Notes: generated from the sequence alone by a model not told the origin. A stretch of 40,532 nucleotides of DNA from Parcubacteria group bacterium GW2011_GWC1_41_7 (GCA_000997465.1 LCBW01000001.1:1-40532); one strand, 5' to 3'. Shown: positions 17,056 through 25,643, numbered from the stretch's first letter. Numbers and translations: made by a program.

Positions 17056-17104
17056 AGATATTTTTAAAAATATATGTTTTAAAACTCTGAGGTGTTACGA
17101 TTAC

Positions 17105-17189
17105 GACGCCGGAGATGGGATAGCGCAGGATTACCTGCTTGCAGCTTATTACGGACTAAAACGGTCCGTCAACGCTGCGACCCATCGCG
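17105..17189. repeat. Left arm of an 85-bp inverted repeat (lies in the mraZ 5' leader)
   Basis: Its reverse complement matches 17761-17845 at 83/85 positions by base-by-base hand alignment. It contains internal hairpins gcagg-atta-cctgc and acggac-taaaacg-gtccgt. Confidence 0.9.
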
Positions 17190-17218
17190 TGATGCATATT
17201 ATGATTACGACGCCGCAT

Positions 17219-17290
17219 CCACATTTTCCACACAATTATCCACAATCCCCCACAAATAGTATTCTTGACTCCATTTTATACCACTTTCAT
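17219..17290 (-). promoter_or_regulatory. Putative Pmra promoter (extended -10 TGgTATAAA) plus four TGTGG direct repeats at ~10-nt spacing (MraZ operator-like)
   Basis: On the minus strand TGTGG is the rc of 17250-17254, 17240-17244, 17228-17232 and 17219-17223. TGGTATAAAAT is the rc of 17273-17283. Confidence 0.5.
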
Positions 17291-17429
17291 AAAAAACAAA
17301 ATTGCATAAAAAAATAAAGTACTAAAAAACTCCTTTATTTTAGGCATTATTTAAACTTTTGACCAACTTATCAACAAAAAAATTACTGGAAAAAATAAAA
17401 ATCCCCACCATGTAAATGAGGATGTAATT

Positions 17430-17468
17430 TTAATAAAAATAAAACCGCCCCTGTTTTATAAGGGGCGG
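17430..17468 (-). terminator. Rho-independent terminator (8-bp GC stem followed by a U-run)
   Basis: ccgcccct (17445-17452) pairs with aggggcgg (17461-17468). On the minus strand the stem is followed by ttttatttttatta. Confidence 0.7.
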
Positions 17469-17510
17469 CTCGTTAGACGAGCCAGCCCCGATTGACGGGG
17501 CGGCTTCATG

Positions 17511-17555
17511 TTATTTCTTCTTTTTTGCAGCTTTTTTTGCTTTTTTCTTTGCCAT
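17511..17555 (-). CDS. 14-codon Lys/Ala-only mini-ORF (MAKKKAKKAAKKKK), candidate leader peptide
   Basis: ATG is the rc of 17553-17555 and the stop TAA is the rc of 17511-17513. A purine-rich gaaagaag lies just upstream. The stop codon is 6 nt before attenuator segment 1. Confidence 0.4.
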   Translation of the reverse strand: MAKKKAKKAAKKKK

Positions 17556-17760
17556 CTTCTTTCAATTGTCCATGTGTGTAATGACTCAGAGTCGACCTGC
17601 TCCGAAGTACATGTCTAAAAAATTAAAATATTTCTCTTATCTTAATTTTAAAACAATCTTATTTTTTAGAATCGCTTTTGGGGATATGCGGCGTCGTAAT
17701 CTGCGGCGTCTCAACGAAGTTGGTAAGCCGCAAGCAGAAATATATTTTCTGCGCTTAAGC

Positions 17761-17845
17761 CGCGATGGGTCGCAGCGTTGACGGACCGTTTTAGTCCGTA
17801 ATAAGCTGCAAGCAGGTAATCCTGCGCTATTCCATCTCCGACGTC
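17761..17845. repeat. Right arm of the 85-bp inverted repeat (50 nt downstream of the murB stop)
   Basis: See the left arm; 83/85 identity in inverted orientation, with a 571-bp spacer. Confidence 0.9.
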
Positions 17846-17894
17846 GCTTATAAATGTCAAATTGAACAATTCAACACACTATGTATTTTAAAAA

Positions 17895-18824
17895 TCACAA
17901 AATAAAAATTTCTTCTTCCAAAATAACTTCAAATTTTTTGTGTACCGTGTCTTTGACGTACGCAATAAGATCTAAAATGTCTTGTGCTGTTGCGTGATTT
18001 TTATTGATCATAAAATTAGGATGCTTCACTGAAACTGCGGCTCCGCCAATTTCTTTATCTTTTAAATTACACTGATCAATGAGAAATGCGCTTGGAATAA
18101 CCGGAAACGGATCTGTTTTTACAACTCCTTGCTCCTGCGCTAACTGTTTTACTTTTTCACTTACCGATGCAAGCGGTACATTTTTAAACGTACTTCCTGC
18201 GTTTGGGTATTCAAGCGGATGATGTTCTTTGCGAAATGCAATATGACTTTGCATATTTTCCATCAATTCATCTTTATTTCCTTTTGTAGCGCGGAGTTTT
18301 GCTTGCACAACAAGCCATTGCGGATTTTTTTTAAAAAAAGACATGCGATAAGAAAAATTACACTCTTCTGGGGTAAAATTTTTAAACTGTCCGGTTTGCA
18401 TATCACATGCCTCAACAGAAAGTACTGAATCTTTTATCTCTCCCCCAAAGCACCCTGCGTTTCCACGAATTGCGCCACCCACCGTTCCCGGCAATCCCCC
18501 TGCCCACTCCAATCCCATCAGTCCCAAAGAAACAGTTTGAAAAACAACATGAGCTATAATCGTTCCCGCTCCAACATGAACTTCATTATCGTATACCTCA
18601 ATAAAATCAAAATCTGGTTTTAGTACAATTCCCTGAAATCCACCGTCGCGAATAAGCACATTGCTCCCTCCACCCAAAACAAAAAGAGGAAGCCCCTGTG
18701 CCTTTCCGAGTTTTTGAACTTCTTCCAGATCGGTAAAATTTTTTACTTGCGCAAAAAATGTTGCCGGTCCACCGATTTTAAAAGTGGTTAAAGGTGCAAG
18801 TACCCGCTTCTCTTCTACAATCAT
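17895..18824 (-). CDS. murB: UDP-N-acetylenolpyruvoylglucosamine reductase MurB
   Basis: FAD-binding N-terminus (TTFKIGGPA, VLGGGSNVL), AGGLPGTVGGAIRGNAG, and C-terminal GGAAVSVKHPNFMIN. Confidence 0.9.
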   Translation of the reverse strand: MIVEEKRVLAPLTTFKIGGPATFFAQVKNFTDLEEVQKLGKAQGLPLFVLGGGSNVLIRDGGFQGIVLKPDFDFIEVYDNEVHVGAGTIIAHVVFQTVSLGLMGLEWAGGLPGTVGGAIRGNAGCFGGEIKDSVLSVEACDMQTGQFKNFTPEECNFSYRMSFFKKNPQWLVVQAKLRATKGNKDELMENMQSHIAFRKEHHPLEYPNAGSTFKNVPLASVSEKVKQLAQEQGVVKTDPFPVIPSAFLIDQCNLKDKEIGGAAVSVKHPNFMINKNHATAQDILDLIAYVKDTVHKKFEVILEEEIFIL

Positions 18825-20320
18825 GAAATGATCTTTTTAAACTGACCAAAATTGGAAAATAATTCAAATAAAAGCTTCACGCCATATCCAAGCGATCCCT
18901 TTTGAAGACCGTCGGCCCCGTCCGTCACCATGCGAGGCGCAATATCAAAATGCACAAAGGGAATAGGTTTTGCAAACTCCCATAAAAATTGTGCGCCATG
19001 CATCGCACCGCCATACCTGCTTTTTCCAACATTCCAAATGTCGGCAACGTGTGATTTGATATCTTCTGCGTATTCATCCCATAAAGGAAGATGCCATGCA
19101 TAATCCCCCGCCTTTTCAGCCGCACTGTACAAAGGAGGAACCAATCGCTCATCAGACGTGAAAAGCCCCGATGCTTTGGTCCCCAAAGCTGCCATAACTG
19201 CGCCGGTAAGGGTTGAAAACTCAATAATGGCGCGAGGATTGAAGTGTTTTTTTCCATAATCAATTGCGTCTGCCACAATAATCCTCCCTTCAGCATCCGG
19301 GCTCCCCACCTCAATAGTTTTTCCTGAAATGGTTTTTAAAATATCACCCGGTCGATAACTCTCTCCAGAAACCATATTTTCAACCGCCGGAACCAGCGCA
19401 ACAATATTAGCTGGAATCTGAAGCCGCGCAAAAAGAGCGACCGCACTCAAAACCGATGCACCCCCTGACATATCCAAATACATATCATTCATAGAATCTC
19501 CCGGCTTTACATGCAATCCTCCGGTATCAAACGTAACACCCTTTCCTACCAAGTGAACCTCGGGAAGTTTCGGATCTGATCGATATTCAAGCGCACAAAG
19601 ATACGGCTTTTCTTTTGATCCCCGCGCAACCCCCAATATGCCGCCCGCGCCTTCTGCCTTTAGTTTCTTTTCATCGAGGACAATCAATTTCACTTTTGAA
19701 AATTTCGCGATTTCTTTTGCAACGGAAATAAGCGTTGCGGGAGTTACTTCGCCTCCCGGTAAATTACTCAAATACCGAGCACGGTTTGTTTCCTCTCCAA
19801 TAATAATTCCTTGCTTTACCGCGTCTTGCGTTTTTTTGTCTTTTGCAAAGAGGGTAATTTTTTTTATATCATGCCATCCCTCTTTTGGAATTTCCTTAAA
19901 CTCCCTACTAAAATCAAAATCCGACAGTACCATATTGGTTGCAATCTGACGAGCGCATTCAAAAATTGAAAAATCCGCGATATAAAAATCATCCAGGAAT
20001 ATGACCGCCGATGATTTTTTTGATGTTTTAAGAGTTTGCAAAATAGTGCGTATCAGCACGAACCATTTTCGCGAAGTAATATCTTTTTCCATAGACACGC
20101 ACATAACCGAGCCGTCTGGAGTATCAAAAAAATGAGATTTTTGAATTTTTACAAGCGGAATGGTTTTTTTTAAAAATTCCCGCATCCGCTCTGGAAGATA
20201 CAAAAATGCGTGTTTTGAAAAAATATCCTTCTCCTGCGCAAACGGAATAACCACAACTCCCTCTTTTTTAACTTGACGAGGCGCTTCAACCGAAAAATTT
20301 ATTTTGTTTTTATATATCAT
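18821..20320 (-). CDS. pepA: Leucyl aminopeptidase (M17)
   Basis: VGKGVTFDTGG, DMSGGA, PDAEGRIIVAD (NTDAEGRL-type motif). Confidence 0.9.
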   Translation of the reverse strand: MIYKNKINFSVEAPRQVKKEGVVVIPFAQEKDIFSKHAFLYLPERMREFLKKTIPLVKIQKSHFFDTPDGSVMCVSMEKDITSRKWFVLIRTILQTLKTSKKSSAVIFLDDFYIADFSIFECARQIATNMVLSDFDFSREFKEIPKEGWHDIKKITLFAKDKKTQDAVKQGIIIGEETNRARYLSNLPGGEVTPATLISVAKEIAKFSKVKLIVLDEKKLKAEGAGGILGVARGSKEKPYLCALEYRSDPKLPEVHLVGKGVTFDTGGLHVKPGDSMNDMYLDMSGGASVLSAVALFARLQIPANIVALVPAVENMVSGESYRPGDILKTISGKTIEVGSPDAEGRIIVADAIDYGKKHFNPRAIIEFSTLTGAVMAALGTKASGLFTSDERLVPPLYSAAEKAGDYAWHLPLWDEYAEDIKSHVADIWNVGKSRYGGAMHGAQFLWEFAKPIPFVHFDIAPRMVTDGADGLQKGSLGYGVKLLFELFSNFGQFKKIIS

Positions 20321-20325
20321 TGTCT

Positions 20326-20652
20326 TTAGGAAATTTTTGAATTGGTGTCGACTTGTTTTTCTGGAATTAAGATGACAGATCCATTGGTTCCTCGCGCGGC
20401 CAAAAGCATTCCCTGGCTTTCCTCCCCCATCATCTGACGCGGCTGAAGGTTTGCAACAATAATAATCTGCTTGCTCAGCAATTGCTCGGGGGCATAATAT
20501 TGCTTTAATCCCGCAAGAATAATTCTTTTTTCATCGCCGAGGGTAATATGCAATCTGATAAGTTTTTCAGATCCTTCAATCGCCTCTGCCTGGTAAACGG
20601 TTGCAACTCGTAAATCTATTTTTGCAAAATCCTCAATTGAGATGTAATCCAT
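20326..20652 (-). CDS. tRNA-binding domain protein (CsaA/EMAP-II-like, as in the MetRS C-terminal domain)
   Basis: DFAKIDLRVATV...KLIRLHITLGDEKRIILAGLKQYY...VANLQPRQMMGEESQGMLLAA. Confidence 0.8.
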   Translation of the reverse strand: MDYISIEDFAKIDLRVATVYQAEAIEGSEKLIRLHITLGDEKRIILAGLKQYYAPEQLLSKQIIIVANLQPRQMMGEESQGMLLAARGTNGSVILIPEKQVDTNSKIS

Positions 20653-20694
20653 AATCTTAATAATATTTTTGGTATTGATTTAAAAAATTATTTT

Positions 20695-21237
20695 TTACCT
20701 ATACGTCGGTCCTTTTTCTTTTACTTTTTTTACAGACGCACTATAGCGCGCAAGCGCATACAACATGCTTGAGAGGCGATTTAAATAGGGTGCGATATCT
20801 TTATTCATTTTTTTATTTTTTGTTTCTGAAATATATGAACGTTCAACTTTCCGAGCTAACGTTCGAGCAACATCAAGCCATGCCGCCTCCTTACATGACC
20901 CCGGAATAATGAATGATTTTTGAACCTTTATGCCCTTTTCAATCGCATCAATTTCCTTTTCTAAAAACGAAACTTTTTCTACAGAAAATACAGGCGGGGT
21001 AAACTTAGGATAAAGAAGGTATGCAATGTGCGCTTGAATAATAAAGAGATGTTCTTGTAGTGCCAAAAGAACCCTTCGTACGCGTGCACTCCCGCTGTAG
21101 GAACGTGAAAGGCCAATAAAACTATTGAGTTCATCTAATTCTCCTAAAAGTCCAATCAGTTCATGCGACTTTGATACGCATGTTTTTCCGATGCAACTTG
21201 CACCCTTATCTCCTGATTTTGTATAAAACATAGCCAT
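20695..21237 (-). CDS. ATP:cob(I)alamin adenosyltransferase, PduO/MMAB type
   Basis: N-terminal YTKSGDKGAS motif and the ELNSFIGL and LQEHLF helices typical of the family. Confidence 0.8.
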   Translation of the reverse strand: MAMFYTKSGDKGASCIGKTCVSKSHELIGLLGELDELNSFIGLSRSYSGSARVRRVLLALQEHLFIIQAHIAYLLYPKFTPPVFSVEKVSFLEKEIDAIEKGIKVQKSFIIPGSCKEAAWLDVARTLARKVERSYISETKNKKMNKDIAPYLNRLSSMLYALARYSASVKKVKEKGPTYR

Positions 21238-21243
21238 AATGAT

Positions 21244-21786
21244 ATGTATAATAGAATAATGCGTTATTCAATTATACGAGATATCATAATCATCAGCGTC
21301 AGCATTATTATCGCTATTTTTATAGTAAAAACAGATTTTATTAACTGGGTTCTTTTTACATACCGCCTTCCTCCATTTTTACTGGCTCTTTTAGCGGGTA
21401 TATTTTATGCCTCTATTTTCACAGCGCCTCTTTCCATTGCGGCAATTATAGCGCTTGCGCAAGATGGGTTTTTAATTTCAACGGTTATTTTTGGCGGCAT
21501 TGGCGCGGCATTGGGAGATTTACTTATTTTCAAATTTCTTAAATTAGGAATTGCAAAAAATATTGTGATATTTTTAAAACAAAAGAAGGTCTTCCATATA
21601 CAACAAAAAAGGATCCTACGTATATTTCCTATATGCGCAGGGTTGTTTATTATCGCATCTCCCTTACCAGATGAAATTGGCATATTTTTTTTAGGAACAT
21701 CAAAAATCAAAGAAGGCTACTTTGTCATCCTTGCATACTTTCTGAATGCTGTAGGTATCTATCTTGTTGGATTAAGTGTCCTTTAA
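21244..21786 (+). CDS. Polytopic membrane protein of unknown function
   Basis: 180 aa with about 5 hydrophobic helices. No diagnostic motif recognised. Confidence 0.55.
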   Translation: MYNRIMRYSIIRDIIIISVSIIIAIFIVKTDFINWVLFTYRLPPFLLALLAGIFYASIFTAPLSIAAIIALAQDGFLISTVIFGGIGAALGDLLIFKFLKLGIAKNIVIFLKQKKVFHIQQKRILRIFPICAGLFIIASPLPDEIGIFFLGTSKIKEGYFVILAYFLNAVGIYLVGLSVL

Positions 21787-22088
21787 ATCAAAGGGGCTTG
21801 CGGATTTTGAGGAGGTTGCTGAACCGTTACCTGCGGTTCTTCTTTTTTCTTTTTACTAAAGACATACAGATATAAAATTTCTAAAATTCCAACTGTATTG
21901 ACCACAAGAAGCACGGTAAACCATATTTTATCTTGCTTTCCCCCTGCCTTCCAAAGGGCTAGTCCCTTCCAAATAAGCGTCCACACAAGAAGTACTATAA
22001 TCCCGGCCTGTGCAGATGCTGGCATCTGCGATAGAGAATTTACCTGAGAAAGCGACGCCATTCCTTGCGCAAATTGTTCAAGTGACAT
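21783..22088 (-). CDS. Small membrane protein, DUF5652-like
   Basis: LLVWTLIWKGLALWKAGGKQDKIWFTVLLVVNTVGILEILYL resembles the DUF5652 core common in CPR genomes (from memory). Basic/Pro-rich tail. Confidence 0.6.
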   Translation of the reverse strand: MSLEQFAQGMASLSQVNSLSQMPASAQAGIIVLLVWTLIWKGLALWKAGGKQDKIWFTVLLVVNTVGILEILYLYVFSKKKKEEPQVTVQQPPQNPQAPLI

Positions 22089-22156
22089 AATGTATGCTAA
22101 AAAGTTAATAATCGTCCCTATGCAAATTATACTGTCGTTTACTTTTATTTATATTT

Positions 22157-24703
22157 TTACGCTCCGTGGCATTTTTTATATTTTTTTCCACTGCCGCAAG
22201 GACACGGATCGTTTCTGCCTATCTTTTTTTCACCCGCATCAGTGATCATCTGATGCTGATGCCCTTGTTGCCTGATATTGAGCAGGTATTGAAACAAATT
22301 GATACGGAACAACTTATGAAAATTATCAAAACCTTCAAGCGCTTCACGCTTATATTCAACCAAAGGGTCTTTTTGCCCATACGCGCGATATCCGACGGAC
22401 TCTTTCATTTCATCCAAATAGCTCAAATGCTCCGCCCATAAATAATCATAGATGCGAAGTAATGAAATTTTCAGCACGCTCATATACTCATCCTGCGCTG
22501 CAGTTTTCAGTTCCTCTATTTCTTTTTCAAAAATCTCTTGCGCTTTTTCAGTAATCTCTTCGGAACTCTCTTCTTGACTGACATCATCTTCCTTCCCATC
22601 CTCGATGTGCTGTTTTTGTGGAATACCAAACACAAACCGTATAGTCTCCTCTTCGGCTTCTTTTAAAAATACGTTAAATTCAGTTTTTAATTGTTCCTGC
22701 GGGTCTTGGTCTCCCGTTAAAATTGCTCTGCGCTCAGCATAAATTTTTTCACGCTGCTTATTGATAACATCATCATACTCAATCAAGTGGCGCCTCATAT
22801 CAAAATTAATGCCCTCAACTTTTGCCTGTGCTTCTTCGATTGCCTTGGAAACAAGAGAGTGCTCAATGGGCTGATCTTTTGGAAGGTTAAAGCGCTCAAT
22901 AAGCTTTTGCATCATCTCGCCTCCAAAAATTTTAACTAGCGGATCATCAAGCGAAATATAAAAATGAGTTTCTCCGGGATCGCCTTGTCGGCCTGCACGC
23001 CCTCGAAGCTGATTATCAATTCTGCGCGCCTCATGCCGCTCAGTTCCTAAAACAAAAAGCCCTCCTAAATCTTTCACTCTTTGCGCTTCCTGCTCGTTAT
23101 AGGGATGTCCTCCTAAAATAATATCAACGCCGCGGCCTGCCATGTTCGTTGCGACAGTCACCGCCTCAAAACGTCCAGCTTGCGCAATAACCTCTCCTTC
23201 TTCCTCATGATTTTTCGCATTCAAGAGCTTAAAGGATACTTTTGCTTTTTGTAGTTTATCAAAAAGAAGTTCATTTTTTTCAATAGACGTCGTGCCAACC
23301 AAAACCGGCCGGCCTTGCTCGTGCAACTCTTTTATTTTTTCAACAACCGCATCCCACCGTATACTCTCACTGACAAAAATCTTATCTGGATGATCAGTAC
23401 GCACCCGCGTTTTATGCGGTGGAATAATTGCAACATCTGAATTGTACACTTTAAAAAATTCCTCAGCTGATGTTGCCGCAGTCCCCGTCATGCCGGAGAG
23501 TTTTTTATATCTGCGAAAAAAATTTTGAATAGTAATTGACGCGACGGTTTTTGATTCTGGCTGAATCGCAACTTTTTCCTTTGCCTCAACTGCCTGATGC
23601 ACTCCCCCAGACCACCGTCTCCCCCACATCATGCGCCCCGTAAACTCATCAACGATCACAACTTGTCCATTATGCACCACATAATCTTTATCCTTGTGAA
23701 ACAAATAATTTGCCTTCAATGCCTCCTCTAAATGATGAATGGAGTGCATATCCTGCACCTCGTACGGATTAAAATTCAAAACCTTTTCCAATTTTTCCTG
23801 ACCTTCTTCAGTTAAATAGACCGAACGCTTTTTTTCATCAACGGTAAAATCAACTTCTTTTTCAAAGCGGTGCGCGATTTCATCAAACAATCGGTATACC
23901 GAGTCGGCCTCTTTTTCATAGGAAGAAATAATAAGCGGCGTACGTGCTTCATCAATCAAGATACTATCTACCTCGTCAATGATTGCAAAGTTCAACTCTC
24001 GTTGCACTACTTGATCTGCATCAACTGCAAGGTTGTCGCGCAAATAATCAAATCCAAATTCATGATTTGTACCATACACGATATCTAAGGCGTATGCCTC
24101 TTTACGAGAAATGGGGCGCAGAAATTCATGAAATACCTTAAATGACTCTTCCTCCTCCCTCTCTTTTTCTTCTGTTTTACTGTGCACTGTTTGCTGTGCA
24201 CTGTTTGCTATATAGGTTGGATCATACATAAATGCACTATCGTGCACTATGCATCCAACCGACAGCCCTAAAAAATGATAAATCTGTCCCATCCACGCGG
24301 CATCGCGCTGGGCAAGATAATCGTTCACAGTAATAACATGTGCGCCTTTTTTTTCCAAAGCATTCGCGTACACTGCCAGCGTTGCAGTGATGGTTTTTCC
24401 CTCACCAGTTCCCATTTCAACAATCGTTCCTTTATATAGTCCATATCCGCCAAGTAATTGCTCATCAAAATGCCGTTGCCCTAACGTACGCTTTGCGGCT
24501 TCTCGGACAACTGCAAAAATTTCAGGAAGCATATCATCCAGTGTCTTTTCTTTTAAGTTTTTTTGAAACTCAGCTGTTTTTGCTTTAAGCTGATCGTCAT
24601 TTAAAACTCCAATATCTTTTTCTGCGTCACAAACTTGACGAACAAATGGCATCCATCCGTCAACAAGCGTCATTCCTGTTTTTTTAAAAAATCCTTTAAA
24701 CAT
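22157..24703 (-). CDS. secA: Preprotein translocase ATPase SecA
   Basis: 848 aa. MGTGEGKT (Walker A), [28 protein letters not shown], and the C-terminal zinc motif [14 protein letters not shown]. Confidence 0.95.
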   Translation of the reverse strand: MFKGFFKKTGMTLVDGWMPFVRQVCDAEKDIGVLNDDQLKAKTAEFQKNLKEKTLDDMLPEIFAVVREAAKRTLGQRHFDEQLLGGYGLYKGTIVEMGTGEGKTITATLAVYANALEKKGAHVITVNDYLAQRDAAWMGQIYHFLGLSVGCIVHDSAFMYDPTYIANSAQQTVHSKTEEKEREEEESFKVFHEFLRPISRKEAYALDIVYGTNHEFGFDYLRDNLAVDADQVVQRELNFAIIDEVDSILIDEARTPLIISSYEKEADSVYRLFDEIAHRFEKEVDFTVDEKKRSVYLTEEGQEKLEKVLNFNPYEVQDMHSIHHLEEALKANYLFHKDKDYVVHNGQVVIVDEFTGRMMWGRRWSGGVHQAVEAKEKVAIQPESKTVASITIQNFFRRYKKLSGMTGTAATSAEEFFKVYNSDVAIIPPHKTRVRTDHPDKIFVSESIRWDAVVEKIKELHEQGRPVLVGTTSIEKNELLFDKLQKAKVSFKLLNAKNHEEEGEVIAQAGRFEAVTVATNMAGRGVDIILGGHPYNEQEAQRVKDLGGLFVLGTERHEARRIDNQLRGRAGRQGDPGETHFYISLDDPLVKIFGGEMMQKLIERFNLPKDQPIEHSLVSKAIEEAQAKVEGINFDMRRHLIEYDDVINKQREKIYAERRAILTGDQDPQEQLKTEFNVFLKEAEEETIRFVFGIPQKQHIEDGKEDDVSQEESSEEITEKAQEIFEKEIEELKTAAQDEYMSVLKISLLRIYDYLWAEHLSYLDEMKESVGYRAYGQKDPLVEYKREALEGFDNFHKLFRINLFQYLLNIRQQGHQHQMITDAGEKKIGRNDPCPCGSGKKYKKCHGA

Positions 24704-24724
24704 GTGTATTTTATATGCTTATTT

Positions 24725-24733
24725 ATTATAGCA
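24725..24733 (-). promoter_or_regulatory. Candidate extended -10 promoter element (TGcTATAAT) for secA
   Basis: The minus strand reads tgctataat (rc of 24725-24733), about 20 nt upstream of the secA ATG and downstream of the hairpin terminator at 24749-24784. Confidence 0.4.
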
Positions 24734-24748
24734 TGCCCCATAAAAAGT

Positions 24749-24784
24749 CCCGAAAAAGAAAATGCGGCGCCGATTAGGTGCCGC
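24749..24784 (-). terminator. Probable intrinsic terminator formed by the last hairpin of the repeat cluster
   Basis: The minus strand reads gcggcacc-taatc-ggcgccgc followed by attttcttttt. Confidence 0.5.
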
Positions 24785-24838
24785 AAGCTCAGACCCGAAG
24801 GGGCTGTGGCGCTTAACGCGGCGCCGATTAGGTGCCGC
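24764..24838. repeat. GC-rich double-hairpin repeat cluster (hairpin1-hairpin2-hairpin1)
   Basis: gcggcgccgattaggtgccgc occurs twice (24764-24784 and 24818-24838), flanking tcagaccc-gaag-gggctg. The same modules occur at 1114-1265 (inverted) and 13489-13537. Confidence 0.85.
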
Positions 24839-24845
24839 AAACCGC

Positions 24846-25196
24846 CTACTCCGCCTCTGCGTCGTAAGCTCCTTCCCAGCCATGATATGCTAACCGATGC
24901 CGCTGATGCTCGGCCGCCTGTGTCGCACGTAGTTCTTCTGCTTTGTGCGCAATGGCCTCCCGGGTTTGAGAAGCTGTCATCCCGTGCTTCTGCGCGCAAT
25001 CCGGACAACACGCTCCATGATCAGAAACAACAATCAGAAACTCGTTCCGGATGACGCGATGACAACCCCCTTGACAACGACGCCCTAGCTCATTGAGCAG
25101 GATCGCCGTGTCATCCAGCATCTCAGTTGCGCCCCAGGGGTTTTGCCCCGCGCGCGGCGGATCATTAGAGCTGGGTAAACGTGATCCCCATCCCAT
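24846..25196 (-). CDS. Small Cys/His-rich (putative zinc-binding) protein in a GC-rich island, function unknown
   Basis: 116 aa with CQGGCH...HGACCPDCAQKH. Strong SD GAGGTG lies 7 nt before the ATG, with an extended -10 TGtTATACT (rc of 25239-25247) upstream. It is visibly much more GC-rich than the flanks, and the repeat cluster follows directly after the stop. Confidence 0.6.
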   Translation of the reverse strand: MGWGSRLPSSNDPPRAGQNPWGATEMLDDTAILLNELGRRCQGGCHRVIRNEFLIVVSDHGACCPDCAQKHGMTASQTREAIAHKAEELRATQAAEHQRHRLAYHGWEGAYDAEAE

Positions 25197-25307
25197 GTGT
25201 GTTCACCTCACTTTCATCGCAGGTTGCTATGTATATATAGTATAACACTTTTATACAATTTTAAAACGCCCACAAAAAGGACGTTTTTTCTATTATTAAA
25301 TAATAAA

Positions 25308-25643
25308 TTATTTCTCTTGAGTTGTGTTCTTCTTCAACTCCTGCTCGAGAAACATCAATTCTTGCTTTAAATCGTTTTCAAATTTTTCAGCAATGAGCGC
25401 GAGTTCCGGATCGCCGCTCCCCTTCACAATCTCCCCTAAATCGCGGCTGTATTCAATTGCCGCTTGGATGATTTCCATATTGCGCGCAACAAGCTCTTTC
25501 TGCACAATTTCGTAGAGCTGTTTACGAACAATATCCGCATTATTTTTATCAACTAAATCCAAAAGGCCCTTTACCTGTTCTTTATCTAAAATATCAAATT
25601 TTTGCAGTTGCTCAATTGTCTCCTGCAACGGTTGTGTGTCCAT
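25308..25643 (-). CDS. Hypothetical acidic helical protein (111 aa)
   Basis: Clean ORF with native-like composition. A TATAAG-like -10 lies only ~10 nt before the ATG, so the mRNA may be leaderless. No motif recognised. Confidence 0.55.
   Translation of the reverse strand: MDTQPLQETIEQLQKFDILDKEQVKGLLDLVDKNNADIVRKQLYEIVQKELVARNMEIIQAAIEYSRDLGEIVKGSGDPELALIAEKFENDLKQELMFLEQELKKNTTQEK

Noticed and set aside
17224-17245. TTTTCCACA and TTATCCACA look like DnaA boxes, suggesting a possible oriC.
   Set aside because: Only two boxes are present. They belong to a four-fold TGTGG ~10-nt periodic array directly upstream of mraZ, which fits MraZ operator repeats better. There is no dnaA/dnaN nearby and no obvious AT-rich unwinding-element array.
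16925-17781. Track ORFs 16925..17317(+) and 17566..17781(+) in the murB-mraZ spacer.
   Set aside because: They run through the inverted-repeat arms and are antisense to the mraZ 5' end and the operator. No coding-like composition or start signals.
24806-24820. GTTAAGC on the minus strand, between hairpins downstream of a small ORF, resembles an integron attC R' site (GTTRRRY).
   Set aside because: The motif is not conserved at the equivalent position in the other repeat loci (the 1162-1167 junction reads ggat). There is no matching R'' site and no intI. One of the ORFs carries its own promoter, unlike typical integron cassettes.
24764-24840. A 23-nt direct repeat (gcggcgccgattaggtgccgcaa) occurs twice, separated by a 31-nt 'spacer', resembling a mini-CRISPR.
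   Set aside because: There are only two repeats. The 'spacer' is itself a conserved hairpin module found at three other loci. The repeats are strongly palindromic terminator-like hairpins, and no cas genes lie in the window.
24635-25054. Track ORFs 24635..25054(+) and 24670..25011(-) in the GC-rich island.
   Set aside because: They overlap the repeat cluster and the better-supported 24846..25196(-) ORF, which has an SD and a promoter. Long spurious ORFs are expected in GC-rich sequence.
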